This document shows, piece after piece, positions 38,702 through 48,517 of a DNA stretch of 53,838 bases. The DNA lies in contig CAZKUN010000018.1 of assembly GCA_964555935.1 (NCBI GenBank), positions 1 through 53,838 on the forward strand, written 5' to 3'. This DNA is from an uncultured Armatimonadia bacterium (GTDB lineage Bacteria; Armatimonadota; Zipacnadia; Zipacnadales; VGFC01). The notes under the pieces were generated by a model that saw only the letters and a list, made by a program, of their open reading frames with translations, made no database searches and was not told the origin of the DNA. A program made the position numbers and the translations under genes. How positions within the stretch are numbered: the first letter of the stretch is position 1; every line of letters starts with the position of its first letter.

Positions 38702-40780
38702 ATGACCCACATCCCACGCCGCTCGTTCATCCGGACGGTCGCCACTGGCGCCGCCGCCACTATGCTAGCGCCCGCTGCTCGCGCGGCGGGTCTCCCCATG
38801 CCCAACCGTTCCCGCCCAAACATCGTCTATATCCTCGCTGACGACATGGGCTACGGCGACCTCGCGATCAACCATCCCGCGAACAAGGTCCCCACGCCTA
38901 ACCTCGACCGCCTGGCGTCCCAGGGCATGCGCTTCACCGATGCACACTCGCCTTCGGCCGTCTGCACGCCCACGCGCTACGGAATCCTCACGGGGCGTTA
39001 CTGCTGGCGCTCGCGTCTCGCGGCCGGCGTTCTCTGGGTGGGGAACGCGCCACTCATCGACGAGGACCGCCTCACGGTCGCCGATCTCCTCAAGGACCAC
39101 GGCTACCGAACGGGCTGCGTGGGCAAGTGGCATCTCGGCTGGAACTGGCCCACGGTCGACGGCGAGCCCTCCACGAAGGACAATCTCGACATCGACTGGT
39201 CCAAACCCATCACCGGCGGGCCGCTGGCGCATGGGTTTGACTACTACTTCGGCGATGATGTCCCGAACTTCCCGCCATATGTCTTCATCGAGAACGAGCG
39301 CGCCGTTGGCACGCCCGACCGCGATAAGCCGAAGGACATGTACGGTCACCCCGGGCCGATGGTCAAGGGCTGGAAGCTCGAGCGGGTATTGCCCGAGATC
39401 ACCCGTCGGGCGTGTCGGTTCATCGAGGAATCGGCCGATTCCGACCAGCCCTTCTTCCTCTATTTCCCGCTCACCGCGCCCCACACGCCGATCGCCCCAA
39501 GCGAGCGCTTCCAAGGCAAGAGCGAAGCCGACCGCTACGGCGACTTCGTCCACGAGGTCGATGCGATGGTTGGCCGCGTGATGCGCGCGTTGGAGCGCTC
39601 GGGCCAGGCCGAGAACACGCTCGTCATCTTCACGAGCGACAACGGCTCGCCCGCGCGTGACGGCACGAACATGGGCGGCGGAGCGCGCTCGGTTGAACGC
39701 ACCGGCCACATCCCCAACGCCCCCTGGCGGGGGATCAAGGCGGGTATCTGGGAGGGCGGTCATCGCGTGCCCTTCATCGCCCGCTGGCCCGGAGAGATCG
39801 CCCCCGGCAGCACCTGCGACGAGACGATCACGCATACCGACTTCATGCGCACCGTGGCGGCCATTCTCGGCGCCGACCTTCCTGATGACGCCGCGGAGGA
39901 CTCCTTCGACATTCTCCCAGCCCTCATCCCATCCTCCCGTGGCAACGGGTCGCCTGACCCGTTGCAGAGCCTCCGCGGCCCCGTCGTCCACCATTCTGGC
40001 AACGGGCAATTCGCGGTCCGCGACGGGCGTTGGAAACTGAATCTGTGCCCAAGTTCGGGCGGGTGGGAGACCCTCAACCTCCCTGATGCGCCGCCGATGC
40101 AGCTCTACGATCTCCGGCGCGACCCCAAGGAAACTACGAATCTCTACCACACGCGGCCTGACAAGGTCGACGAGCTGACGGCCGCGCTTGCCGCCATTGT
40201 CGAAGACGGCCGGAGCACGCCCGGAGCGCCCCAGTCCAACGACCGTGACGTGCGATTCATGCCGAAGATCACCGTGGCCAAAGACGAGACCGGGCGCTTC
40301 GACTACGTCCGGAACTGTCAGGTCACCAAACACGCCGAGGGCTTCGTCCTCGAAAGCGCGGGGATCGGTCACGCGCTTAAGAAACTCGACAAGCCGCTTA
40401 CGGAACCCCTCACCGTGGAGTTCAGCTATCAGTCGCTGGCTGAGGCTGGCTCCCGGAACGCGCTGCTGGTCTTCGGCGAGGAGCCTGACGAGGACGAGTT
40501 GGTCAAGTGCGGCACGCTAATCGTCGCCGGAAGCCACGCCATCTGGCGCGGCACGTGGAACGATCACGCCAAGGGCGTCGCGGTGGAGCACTCCCTGGAT
40601 CACGCCGGCCGGATCGATGTATCCATCACCATCGACCCCGCCAAACGCGAGGTGAGCATGACCGTGGCGGGCGAGACGTTGACGGCGCCGATCCCGGCCG
40701 CAGTCAAATCGGTCCGCTACATCGGCTACCTCGTCAATGGGACTAAGACTCTCTTCGTCCCAAGGGGAGGCCCGGCCTAA
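38702..40780 (+). CDS. Tat-exported Cys-type arylsulfatase with extra C-terminal beta domain, 692 aa
   Basis: PRRSFIR Tat motif; PNIVYILADDMGYGD, formylglycine motif CTPTRYGILTG, GKWHLG, FTSDNG, EGGHRVP. Confidence 0.95.
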   Translation: MTHIPRRSFIRTVATGAAATMLAPAARAAGLPMPNRSRPNIVYILADDMGYGDLAINHPANKVPTPNLDRLASQGMRFTDAHSPSAVCTPTRYGILTGRYCWRSRLAAGVLWVGNAPLIDEDRLTVADLLKDHGYRTGCVGKWHLGWNWPTVDGEPSTKDNLDIDWSKPITGGPLAHGFDYYFGDDVPNFPPYVFIENERAVGTPDRDKPKDMYGHPGPMVKGWKLERVLPEITRRACRFIEESADSDQPFFLYFPLTAPHTPIAPSERFQGKSEADRYGDFVHEVDAMVGRVMRALERSGQAENTLVIFTSDNGSPARDGTNMGGGARSVERTGHIPNAPWRGIKAGIWEGGHRVPFIARWPGEIAPGSTCDETITHTDFMRTVAAILGADLPDDAAEDSFDILPALIPSSRGNGSPDPLQSLRGPVVHHSGNGQFAVRDGRWKLNLCPSSGGWETLNLPDAPPMQLYDLRRDPKETTNLYHTRPDKVDELTAALAAIVEDGRSTPGAPQSNDRDVRFMPKITVAKDETGRFDYVRNCQVTKHAEGFVLESAGIGHALKKLDKPLTEPLTVEFSYQSLAEAGSRNALLVFGEEPDEDELVKCGTLIVAGSHAIWRGTWNDHAKGVAVEHSLDHAGRIDVSITIDPAKREVSMTVAGETLTAPIPAAVKSVRYIGYLVNGTKTLFVPRGGPA

Positions 40781-43341
40781 TGCTGGCGCTCATCGTCGCG
40801 ATCGCGATCGCCGCCGAGACGCAGCCCGCTAGCATCGTCATCCTGCGGGACAGCATCCCCGCGACGGGCGTCGCGTCCGACCCGGGGGAGATTGCCGACG
40901 TCCTATCGCGGGAAGGCCATGCGTCGAGAGTCGTCGCCGCCGAGGAACTCGCCGAGCCTGGACTGCTTGATCCCGGGCGAACCGACCTCGTCGTTCTGCC
41001 CTATGGCGGGTCCTTCCCCGCAGTGGCCCGCGACGCGTTCGCGGGATACGTTCGCGATGGTGGGAGCTTTCTCAACGTGGGGGGACTCGCGTTCAGTCGG
41101 CTGATGGCCGAGGTCAATGGCGAATGGACCGAGGCCGGATCCGTCCACCCCGACGACGACAAGGCTTATATCGTCGCCGACCTTGAGCGCGACGACGTGG
41201 CGGGATGGAGCCTCAACCACGCCTCGGACGCGGCGGCAATCACTCTGGACACGGTCGCGCCGGGAGCCTCCCAATCAACCCGGGCGGCGAGCCTATCATG
41301 CTCCAATCTCGATGGATGGGCCTATGCCGGTCTCGAGGCAGGGGTCGCCAGCCCGAGCGGCGACCACACGGTCCTCAGCTTCTGGGCCAAGGGCGATGCT
41401 GACACGACCCTTCTGGCGGTTGAGCCTCGTGAAACCGACGGGTCGCGCTGGAAGAAGGTCGTGCGGCTGACCGGCAAGTGGCAGCGTTTCCTGATCCCTG
41501 CCTCGGAGTTTCTCTCCTATGCCTCCGAGACTCGTGGGGGACCGGGCGATGGCTTGGCGGTTGATCGCATCGCCAGCCTCTGGTTCGGCTTCACGAAGGG
41601 CATGGTCGGCGGCGGCAGGCACAGGCTCCGCATCGACGAGATCGCCTGGGCGCCATTACTCGCGGAGACAGGGCCACCGGTCGCCCCGCTCCGACCGGAC
41701 GCTGACGCCGACCTCACCGTTACGGCCTTCGGCGATCTGATCAAGGCCCCCGCGCCGGCGGAGGACGTGATCCCCGTCTACGTGCCAGTTCGGCGCGTTG
41801 AGGCCGGGCCTGATTCCGGCTACGCAGCGCTCGCGCCCGTCACGGCGCCCTCGCCCCGTGGCGACATGCGCATCGGCGGGCCGGGCCCTGGCCGCCTCAT
41901 CCCGCTTGCTCACGATGGATCCGCTGCCATCTACCTCCCGAAGGATCGCCCCACCGCCGTCTGGGCCCTCTTCGGGGCCGATCGGACTGATGTGGTCACA
42001 GACGGCGGCCTCATGGTCCGAATGCTGGACCCGATTGCCCGGATGGCGGCGGGCGCGCCGCTGCTCAACGAGCCCACGCTCCGATTCGTCGCCGACCCCG
42101 ATCCCAATGCCGAAGTCGCGGTCGGCGTGCGTGGCGCCGACATTCCTGCCCGCGGACTTGCCCTCCATGTCACGCCCCGACGTGCCGGCGACGAGCCCGG
42201 CCCCGTTTCCGCCATCGCGCCCGTCCCAATCGAAGGCGACACGGCGAGCGTTCGCATCCCTCTCTCGCTTCTGGGGCCTCGCGGATGGGAACTCCGGCTG
42301 ACGCTCTACGCCGGCGAGCGCCAGCTCGACTCGGTCACTGTGACGAGTGATCCCGAGCGCAGCCTCGTCGACCTCTGTGACTGGCTCGTTGAGAAGCAGA
42401 AGGACGACGGCTCGTTCTCGGGGATCGCGTTCCAAGACAACCGCGCGGTCCGCGGGCTATTGGGCGCGTATGAGATCGCCGGGGAGAGGGCCTACGTGCA
42501 GTCGGCCATTCGGTGGGGCGAGGAGACGATTCGGCTGCAGCGCGAGGACGGCGGATATCGGATGGGGTATGGGATGAGCAGCAAGGGGGAGGCGTGCTAC
42601 GTGGCCGATGGCGGCGAGATCGCCATCGCGATGGCGCGTCTGACCACCTACGTTAAGGGCAAGCAGCGCAAGCGTTTCGTCGATTCACTGAGGGGTTATT
42701 TCGCGTATCGCGAGGGCTTCCGCGAGGACAACGGCGCCATTGGCGTCGGCTGGTGCATGCACGATTACGGTCAGCGTCCGGTCGTCCCGCTCGAGTCGCC
42801 GACGAGGATCTTCGCCGGCGAGATGAACGCCTATACCATCGGTTGCACGCTCGCCGCCGCCTCCGCTTATGCCCGCATCACCGAGGACGCGGCCGATCTA
42901 ACCATGTCCCGCAACGATGCCGACTGGTTGCTCGAACACTACACCAGCCTGTCCGGCGCGGCGGCTGAGAGCGCGTGCTGGGCCCACCACTTTACCGCCA
43001 CTGACGAGCAGAAAGCGCGCATCGAAACGCACATGCGCGATAGCTTCCGCAAGCGCCTCATCAACCCAGCCGATACCAGTTGGCTCGCCGGTGGCGGGCG
43101 CTCCGTGCTCGATCTCGACATGATCGCCTACTGGCTCGCCAACATTGATTCCGAGGATGCGGAGATGCAAGCCGCCTTCGCCCGTTGGACCTACGCCCTT
43201 TGCGGCTCGAACTCCACGAGCAACGTCAGGCACTTGCTGGAGGCTGAAGATCTCAATCAGACGGAATGGCGGTTTCTCTGCTTCGCGGCAACAGCCCTCG
43301 CCGATGCCGCGCAACCGATGGTAACGATGCGCGACATGTAG
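40780..43341 (+). CDS. Secreted multidomain protein: CBM11-like domain plus C-terminal alpha/alpha-barrel-like domain, 853 aa
   Basis: TAATG overlap with the sulfatase stop; LSFWAKGD...LTGKWQRFLIP (CBM11/CIA30-like); DWLVEKQKDDGSF and LQREDGGY (helical-barrel repeats). Confidence 0.65.
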   Translation: MLALIVAIAIAAETQPASIVILRDSIPATGVASDPGEIADVLSREGHASRVVAAEELAEPGLLDPGRTDLVVLPYGGSFPAVARDAFAGYVRDGGSFLNVGGLAFSRLMAEVNGEWTEAGSVHPDDDKAYIVADLERDDVAGWSLNHASDAAAITLDTVAPGASQSTRAASLSCSNLDGWAYAGLEAGVASPSGDHTVLSFWAKGDADTTLLAVEPRETDGSRWKKVVRLTGKWQRFLIPASEFLSYASETRGGPGDGLAVDRIASLWFGFTKGMVGGGRHRLRIDEIAWAPLLAETGPPVAPLRPDADADLTVTAFGDLIKAPAPAEDVIPVYVPVRRVEAGPDSGYAALAPVTAPSPRGDMRIGGPGPGRLIPLAHDGSAAIYLPKDRPTAVWALFGADRTDVVTDGGLMVRMLDPIARMAAGAPLLNEPTLRFVADPDPNAEVAVGVRGADIPARGLALHVTPRRAGDEPGPVSAIAPVPIEGDTASVRIPLSLLGPRGWELRLTLYAGERQLDSVTVTSDPERSLVDLCDWLVEKQKDDGSFSGIAFQDNRAVRGLLGAYEIAGERAYVQSAIRWGEETIRLQREDGGYRMGYGMSSKGEACYVADGGEIAIAMARLTTYVKGKQRKRFVDSLRGYFAYREGFREDNGAIGVGWCMHDYGQRPVVPLESPTRIFAGEMNAYTIGCTLAAASAYARITEDAADLTMSRNDADWLLEHYTSLSGAAAESACWAHHFTATDEQKARIETHMRDSFRKRLINPADTSWLAGGGRSVLDLDMIAYWLANIDSEDAEMQAAFARWTYALCGSNSTSNVRHLLEAEDLNQTEWRFLCFAATALADAAQPMVTMRDM

Positions 43342-43342
43342 C

Positions 43343-45385
43343 CTACTCCCGCACGATTGCCGGCCGAAGCCAATGCGCCCAATCGTAGGACGCGTCGCCC
43401 TTGCAGTCCGTAATGAGCGTGAGGTCGATCGTCGCGCCCGCCACGTCTGAGATGTCCACCTCATGCCGGTCCGCCGTGCCGCCCACTTGATCCTGCTCGA
43501 ACCGATCGTCGCCGTTGACCTGGATCCGGAACACGACCCCATCGCCGTCGGGATGCACGACTGCCGTGCCGAACTGGAGGACCAGCGGCGTGACTTCCGG
43601 CAGCGTGATGCGGTATGTTGCCTCCGCGAGCGGTTCACCGGTGCTATGCGGGTGCTGAAACAGCGTCGGGTAGAGCTTGCCATCCGGCCCCGGATGCCAC
43701 TCGGTGCGCCAGCCCAGGCCCTTGTCGCCCGTTGGCTCGGACATGTGCGCGATGAGGTCGTAGACGAGCTTCTCCGGGTCGATCGGCTCCGCCACGCGCT
43801 GGCTGACTCTCGGGATTGGCCCGTCGTAAGGCATGGCTTCGTCCCACGATTCGATGTCGATGATCGGCAGCGCGAAGGCGAAGGCGTCTTCCCATGTATC
43901 CATGTCGGCCTGTCGAAACACATCCCAGATCATCCGCTTCGCAAGCGGCGAGCTGGCATGGTCGCCCTCGGGGTTGGCGGTCCATAGGCCTAGCTTCAGT
44001 CCGAACTCTCCTCGGTGATCGACGTGTCGGTGGAGGATGAGTGAATCGATCTCGGGGATGTTGCGCACTTTGTGAAACGCGTAGGCGTACGCCGCTGCCT
44101 GATGGGCCTCGCCATCGGGGCCGTCGGGCGCGTGGAAGCCTTGCTCGCTGAGCATGATCCGGCGCGGCTCGCCATCGTATAGGAAGCGGCGCTGCTTCAG
44201 GTATGCGGGCAGGACCTCGAGGTTCTTGAATGTGATCTTGGGCGTATCGAACCCCATCACCGCCATCCGATCGCGCCAGAACCGCGGCTCGAACAGGTTC
44301 TCCGGGTAGGGGTGGAATCCCAGATGCCAGTCGAAGTCGCCGCCGGCCGTGACCTGCTGGTTGAGGCGCTCGAGGAAGAGATCGCCTCGACACGCGCGCA
44401 GCGGATTCGGGTCGACGGGGTGAGTCCAGCTATGATCGAGGGAGGCGTAGACGCGCAGGTTCTTGTGCGTCCGACGGACCGCCAGCCAGGCAACGCGTAG
44501 CGCGATGGCATAGTCATCGACGACCTGCTCGAGCGTCGCGTCGCCCTGGTTGTGCCAGTACCAGTGCGACTGCAACTCGTTCCCCACGATGTAGCCCGAT
44601 ACGAAGCCATGTTCCCCCGCTGGATCCGACCAACGGTTCGCCATGTACTCGAATGCCGCGCGGAGGTACAGGATGCCGCGCTCGTCGGTCACGTTGAACG
44701 CGCCGAGGTGATTCGGCGCATCGGCGAGGTTGCTCATCGGATGGATCAGCGGGCAGTCGGGATCCGGCTCGGTGGGGATGCTGTTGACGGGGATCAGCGT
44801 GACGTTGATGCCCGCGTCGGTCATCTCCTTGATCTGCTTGTCGAGCGAGTCGACGTAACCCTTGTTGATCCCGACCTTCACGCCATCGACGATCCAGAAC
44901 TCCTCGGGATCCTCGTCCGTCCAGTTCAGCAGCACTGAGAGCAACACGCCGAAGTCGACCCACTTCACGCCGAGGTCCGTGAGGTCAGGAATGTCCACGG
45001 GGCACGTGACGCCCTTGGGGCTCTCGGGCCACGCGATTATCTTGTCCCAAGCCTCCAGCGCCGAGAGATCGGTCACAAACCGGGGAGCGCTGACCGCGGA
45101 GCCCATTTGGTCGACCAGGGCGAACTTGCTGTAGAGCCGGTCGCGTCCGCCAACGAAGCGGTCGATGCTCGTGACGCCATCGCCGCCCTCATGAGCCCAC
45201 GCCTGCAGCCCCGCAGAATCAGGCCCACCCCACGCGGGGTGCTCAATCAGTTCGGTCGCTCGGTCGATGCCCGAGATCGTAAGGACAAGTTGGTCCTCGC
45301 GCGCGGCAATGCTATCGATAGAGGCGCCCAGCGCCGGAGTTAGTGCCATGGTGACCAGTGTTGCGACAGTGGTGATCCGATGCAT
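43343..45385 (-). CDS. DUF5722-like clan-A glycoside hydrolase with C-terminal NPCBM-like domain, ~680 aa
   Basis: Signal peptide; YIVGNE (acid/base), VYASLDHSW, FHPYPENL, ITFKNLEVL, IMLSEQGF (nucleophile); C-terminal GDGVVFRI...YDWAHW. Confidence 0.8.
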   Translation of the reverse strand: MHRITTVATLVTMALTPALGASIDSIAAREDQLVLTISGIDRATELIEHPAWGGPDSAGLQAWAHEGGDGVTSIDRFVGGRDRLYSKFALVDQMGSAVSAPRFVTDLSALEAWDKIIAWPESPKGVTCPVDIPDLTDLGVKWVDFGVLLSVLLNWTDEDPEEFWIVDGVKVGINKGYVDSLDKQIKEMTDAGINVTLIPVNSIPTEPDPDCPLIHPMSNLADAPNHLGAFNVTDERGILYLRAAFEYMANRWSDPAGEHGFVSGYIVGNELQSHWYWHNQGDATLEQVVDDYAIALRVAWLAVRRTHKNLRVYASLDHSWTHPVDPNPLRACRGDLFLERLNQQVTAGGDFDWHLGFHPYPENLFEPRFWRDRMAVMGFDTPKITFKNLEVLPAYLKQRRFLYDGEPRRIMLSEQGFHAPDGPDGEAHQAAAYAYAFHKVRNIPEIDSLILHRHVDHRGEFGLKLGLWTANPEGDHASSPLAKRMIWDVFRQADMDTWEDAFAFALPIIDIESWDEAMPYDGPIPRVSQRVAEPIDPEKLVYDLIAHMSEPTGDKGLGWRTEWHPGPDGKLYPTLFQHPHSTGEPLAEATYRITLPEVTPLVLQFGTAVVHPDGDGVVFRIQVNGDDRFEQDQVGGTADRHEVDISDVAGATIDLTLITDCKGDASYDWAHWLRPAIVRE

Positions 45386-45449
45386 GCCATTGTGATTCTC
45401 CGAATCAGGCAGGGATGCCTCCGGGCGACGGGCGAATGAGCGAGCCATC

Positions 45450-46220
45450 ATGCGATTCGACTACGACGATAACAGCATCAGCGCGCGGTATGTCAATGCT
45501 CGCGTGCTTCCCGAGCCGGCGATGCGGATCTGGATGGACGCGGTGGCCGAGCACGCGCCGCCCGGCGAGACGGCTCTCATCGTGGACATGGGATGCGGAA
45601 CGGGGCGTTTTGCGGAGGCTCTGGCTGAGCGTCTCCGCGCGAAAGTGCTTGGCATCGACCCTTCGGCGAAGATGCTATCGGTTGCTCGCGACGAGATCGA
45701 CAACCCACGCGTCCGTCTAGTGCGGGGCGCGGCGGAGGGCCTGCCTCTGGCGCGTGAGGCGGTCGACATCGTCTTTCTCTCGATGGTATACCACCACATC
45801 GTGGGGAAGGCCGACGCGGCGCTTGAGTTCGCACGCGTCCTCAAGCGCGAGGGCCGGCTCGTGATGCGCACGTCAACGCGAGAGCTGCTGCCCACTTATC
45901 TGTGGGGACGGTTCTTCGAGCGCGGGCTTGAGATCGACGCCGCCCGCGCGCCGAGTCGAGATGAGATCGCCGAAGTGATGGGCGGCGCGGGCATGAAGTT
46001 GGTGACTCACCGCATCGTGCCTCACCCGTTCGCCGATGACCTGACCGACTACGCCGGGAAAATCGGCATGAGGGCGCTTTCGCCTCTGCAACAGATCAGC
46101 GACGAGGGGTTCGAGGAGGGCATGCGGCGCCTGCGGGACCACTGCCGCGAGCACGATGACGGGCAACCGGTGTCCGAGGACATCGAGTTGTGGGTGTGGG
46201 AACCCGGACCCCAGCGCTAA
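45450..46220 (+). CDS. Class I SAM-dependent methyltransferase, 256 aa
   Basis: Motif I VDMGCGTG, GIDPSAKML, EFARVLKREG. Confidence 0.9.
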   Translation: MRFDYDDNSISARYVNARVLPEPAMRIWMDAVAEHAPPGETALIVDMGCGTGRFAEALAERLRAKVLGIDPSAKMLSVARDEIDNPRVRLVRGAAEGLPLAREAVDIVFLSMVYHHIVGKADAALEFARVLKREGRLVMRTSTRELLPTYLWGRFFERGLEIDAARAPSRDEIAEVMGGAGMKLVTHRIVPHPFADDLTDYAGKIGMRALSPLQQISDEGFEEGMRRLRDHCREHDDGQPVSEDIELWVWEPGPQR

Positions 46221-48397
46221 CGCTGGACCCGCCATTCGTAGATCTCGACTTCGTGAGGCGTGAGCGTGCAAGCGAGGGGGCCGTCCCCGTCGGCCTCGAT
46301 GATCCCATCGGCGTTGAACAGGTAGATGGTGCCGTCGCGCCCAAATTCCGGCAGATCTACCTCACACCTGACCGTCTCCTCCGTCGGATTCACCACGATC
46401 AGTACGCGTTTGCCGTTGGCGGCACGGGACCACGCGCGTAGAGGGTCCGGGACGGCTACGTCGTCGGCGTCGGTTCGCTCCGCGACCAAGTATGGCATCA
46501 GGTCGTTGAGTTCCCGGACGGTCGCCTCGATACCACCCCAGACATTGGGCGCGTCTCGTTGGATGTGATAGGCGCTGTTTGGCAGCCAGTACCAGATCAG
46601 CCCGTTCGCTCCGCCGCAGAGCGCCGTGAACGCCATGCAGCGGGTGTCCGTGTAGGTCGGAAGCGCGACCGGCCCGAGTTCCTCGACCGCCTGCTCGTAC
46701 TCATGCCAGTACCGCACGTCATGCCCCTGGAGCACCGTCCAGTACGGGCGGTCGAGCGCCGCCTCGCGTCCCCCCCGGACCCACTCATCCACCATCGTCA
46801 GAGGCTGGTTGGGCAACGGGTAGGGATCGTTCCAGAGGATATCGCACGATGCCGCGTAGTCGCCGAATGAATCGGGCCGGCAGAGAACTTGGCTCGTCGG
46901 GTGGACAGGATCGACGACTCGCACGGCGTCGGTGGTCCGCGCCATTGACCCGGCGGAGACGCTGTGGAGCACGGGCTCATCCATGAGGTACCACGTCAGC
47001 AGCGCGGGCTCATCCATCAGCGCCGCTACCCACTGCTGGATGCGGTGCAGATCGCCGGCCTGGACGAGGCTGCGACGGATACCCATGAAGACCTTGAGCC
47101 CGGCTGCGTCAGCCGCTCGGAGGTACGCGCGCGCATCGTCGATCGTATACTTGGCCTCCGATTCGAAGCGGTAGTTGTGGGTGACGTTGAAGCCGGCTTC
47201 GACAAGCGCGTCGAACTCATCCACCGAATCGGACGGGTCCCGGTACGCCCCGATGGGGAAGAACGGCTCGCCATCGACGAGGAGCATGTTGTCGTCACGC
47301 ATCTCGACGCGCGAGCCGGGCTGCTTGCTGCTAAACAGTGCCGTCTCTTCCGCGATGCGCCCGCCCGCGCCGCGCAATCTGATCGACACCTCGTGGATGC
47401 CAGGCGCGAGGTCGACGGCGGGTCGAAAGCTCACTGCCCCATCAGCGGACCGCGTCACGTCGGCCGCAATGTCTCCGTCGATTGTAACGCGCAACTCGCC
47501 CGCGATGCCCCGTGGCGTGATCTCAGCGGTCAGCGTTGGCCGCGACGCGGCGCTCCAGGTCCACGTTGGGCGAATATCGGGCGGCCACACGGGGGCATCA
47601 TCGGCCACGGTGAATGTGTGGACAGGCCCCGGTGGGAGTTTGGCGTTGCGCGACAGAGCCTGCACGCGCCAGTGCCACGTGCCCGGCTCGAGTGGCTCCG
47701 TGCGGACCTGTCCGCCTTGACCGCGCAGTACGATCGCATCACCCGCCGTGACGTCCTCGGAACGACTGACCCGGATCTCGGCCTCGACCATACGCGGCCC
47801 GGGCAGCGTCCAGGTCAGCAGCGGGCGGCGGACATCCACCACCTCGGCATCGGCGGGCGTGACGGGTTCGGTGCCGCCCCACTCGGTCACCTCGTACACG
47901 CGCACATCATCAAACCATGCGGCGCCCTTGCCCTCAACGCCAAGCATGAGTTGGACATACGCGACATCACCAGAGATCTCCCGGGTGTACTCCACCTCGC
48001 GCTGGGTCCAATCACTGTCGCCAAGCAGTCCCTTGGGGAATGTGCCCCCGCCGACCCAGCCTTTCTCCGCATTGGCCCATTGGAGGAAGATGACGGCCCC
48101 GCGATTCTCGCCGCCCAGGGCATGGGCCTCGACGCCCTCGCAGCGCGCGGACACGTCGGCGGCGTAGAACCTCCCGGCCGCCACCGGGATGAAGAGATGG
48201 GCGTAGGTGGGCTTCCCTGTCTTCGATTCGACCCGCAGGCACTGCTCGCCGGAGCGAGGATTCTCGGCGACGACTGCCGCGCGCTCCACCGACCAGCCCT
48301 CATCGGCAAGGGCAGCGACGTCGGTCTCGAAGTCCTGAGAGTAGGGCACGTCGATGGCGAGGGCGGGCGCGGCAACCGTCAGGATCAGTGCAAGCAT
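46217..48397 (-). CDS. Secreted glycoside hydrolase-like protein (CBM4/9-like + Ig-like + TIM barrel), 726 aa
   Basis: GAGGAGG RBS; AWFDDVRV (CBM end), LLVDGEPFFPIGAY, AGFNVTHNY, WYLMDEP, DPVHPT, DPYP, GANGLIWY. Confidence 0.75.
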   Translation of the reverse strand: MLALILTVAAPALAIDVPYSQDFETDVAALADEGWSVERAAVVAENPRSGEQCLRVESKTGKPTYAHLFIPVAAGRFYAADVSARCEGVEAHALGGENRGAVIFLQWANAEKGWVGGGTFPKGLLGDSDWTQREVEYTREISGDVAYVQLMLGVEGKGAAWFDDVRVYEVTEWGGTEPVTPADAEVVDVRRPLLTWTLPGPRMVEAEIRVSRSEDVTAGDAIVLRGQGGQVRTEPLEPGTWHWRVQALSRNAKLPPGPVHTFTVADDAPVWPPDIRPTWTWSAASRPTLTAEITPRGIAGELRVTIDGDIAADVTRSADGAVSFRPAVDLAPGIHEVSIRLRGAGGRIAEETALFSSKQPGSRVEMRDDNMLLVDGEPFFPIGAYRDPSDSVDEFDALVEAGFNVTHNYRFESEAKYTIDDARAYLRAADAAGLKVFMGIRRSLVQAGDLHRIQQWVAALMDEPALLTWYLMDEPVLHSVSAGSMARTTDAVRVVDPVHPTSQVLCRPDSFGDYAASCDILWNDPYPLPNQPLTMVDEWVRGGREAALDRPYWTVLQGHDVRYWHEYEQAVEELGPVALPTYTDTRCMAFTALCGGANGLIWYWLPNSAYHIQRDAPNVWGGIEATVRELNDLMPYLVAERTDADDVAVPDPLRAWSRAANGKRVLIVVNPTEETVRCEVDLPEFGRDGTIYLFNADGIIEADGDGPLACTLTPHEVEIYEWRVQR

Positions 48398-48517
48398 CGG
48401 CAGAGCCTCCTCGGGTGGCGGTTAAGCAATTCGCAGTGGAGGTCTCCTGCTCCTTGTGCAGCAGGTTGATGAGGAACCGGGACGGAACCGTGAGATGCCG
48501 GCTGAATGGGAGGGTGC

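Noticed and set aside
38765-40372. Long antisense ORFs (also 15124-16677, 23098-24444, 46964-48469, 48899-50239)
   Set aside because: Expected in high-GC DNA opposite real genes; no motifs or RBS.
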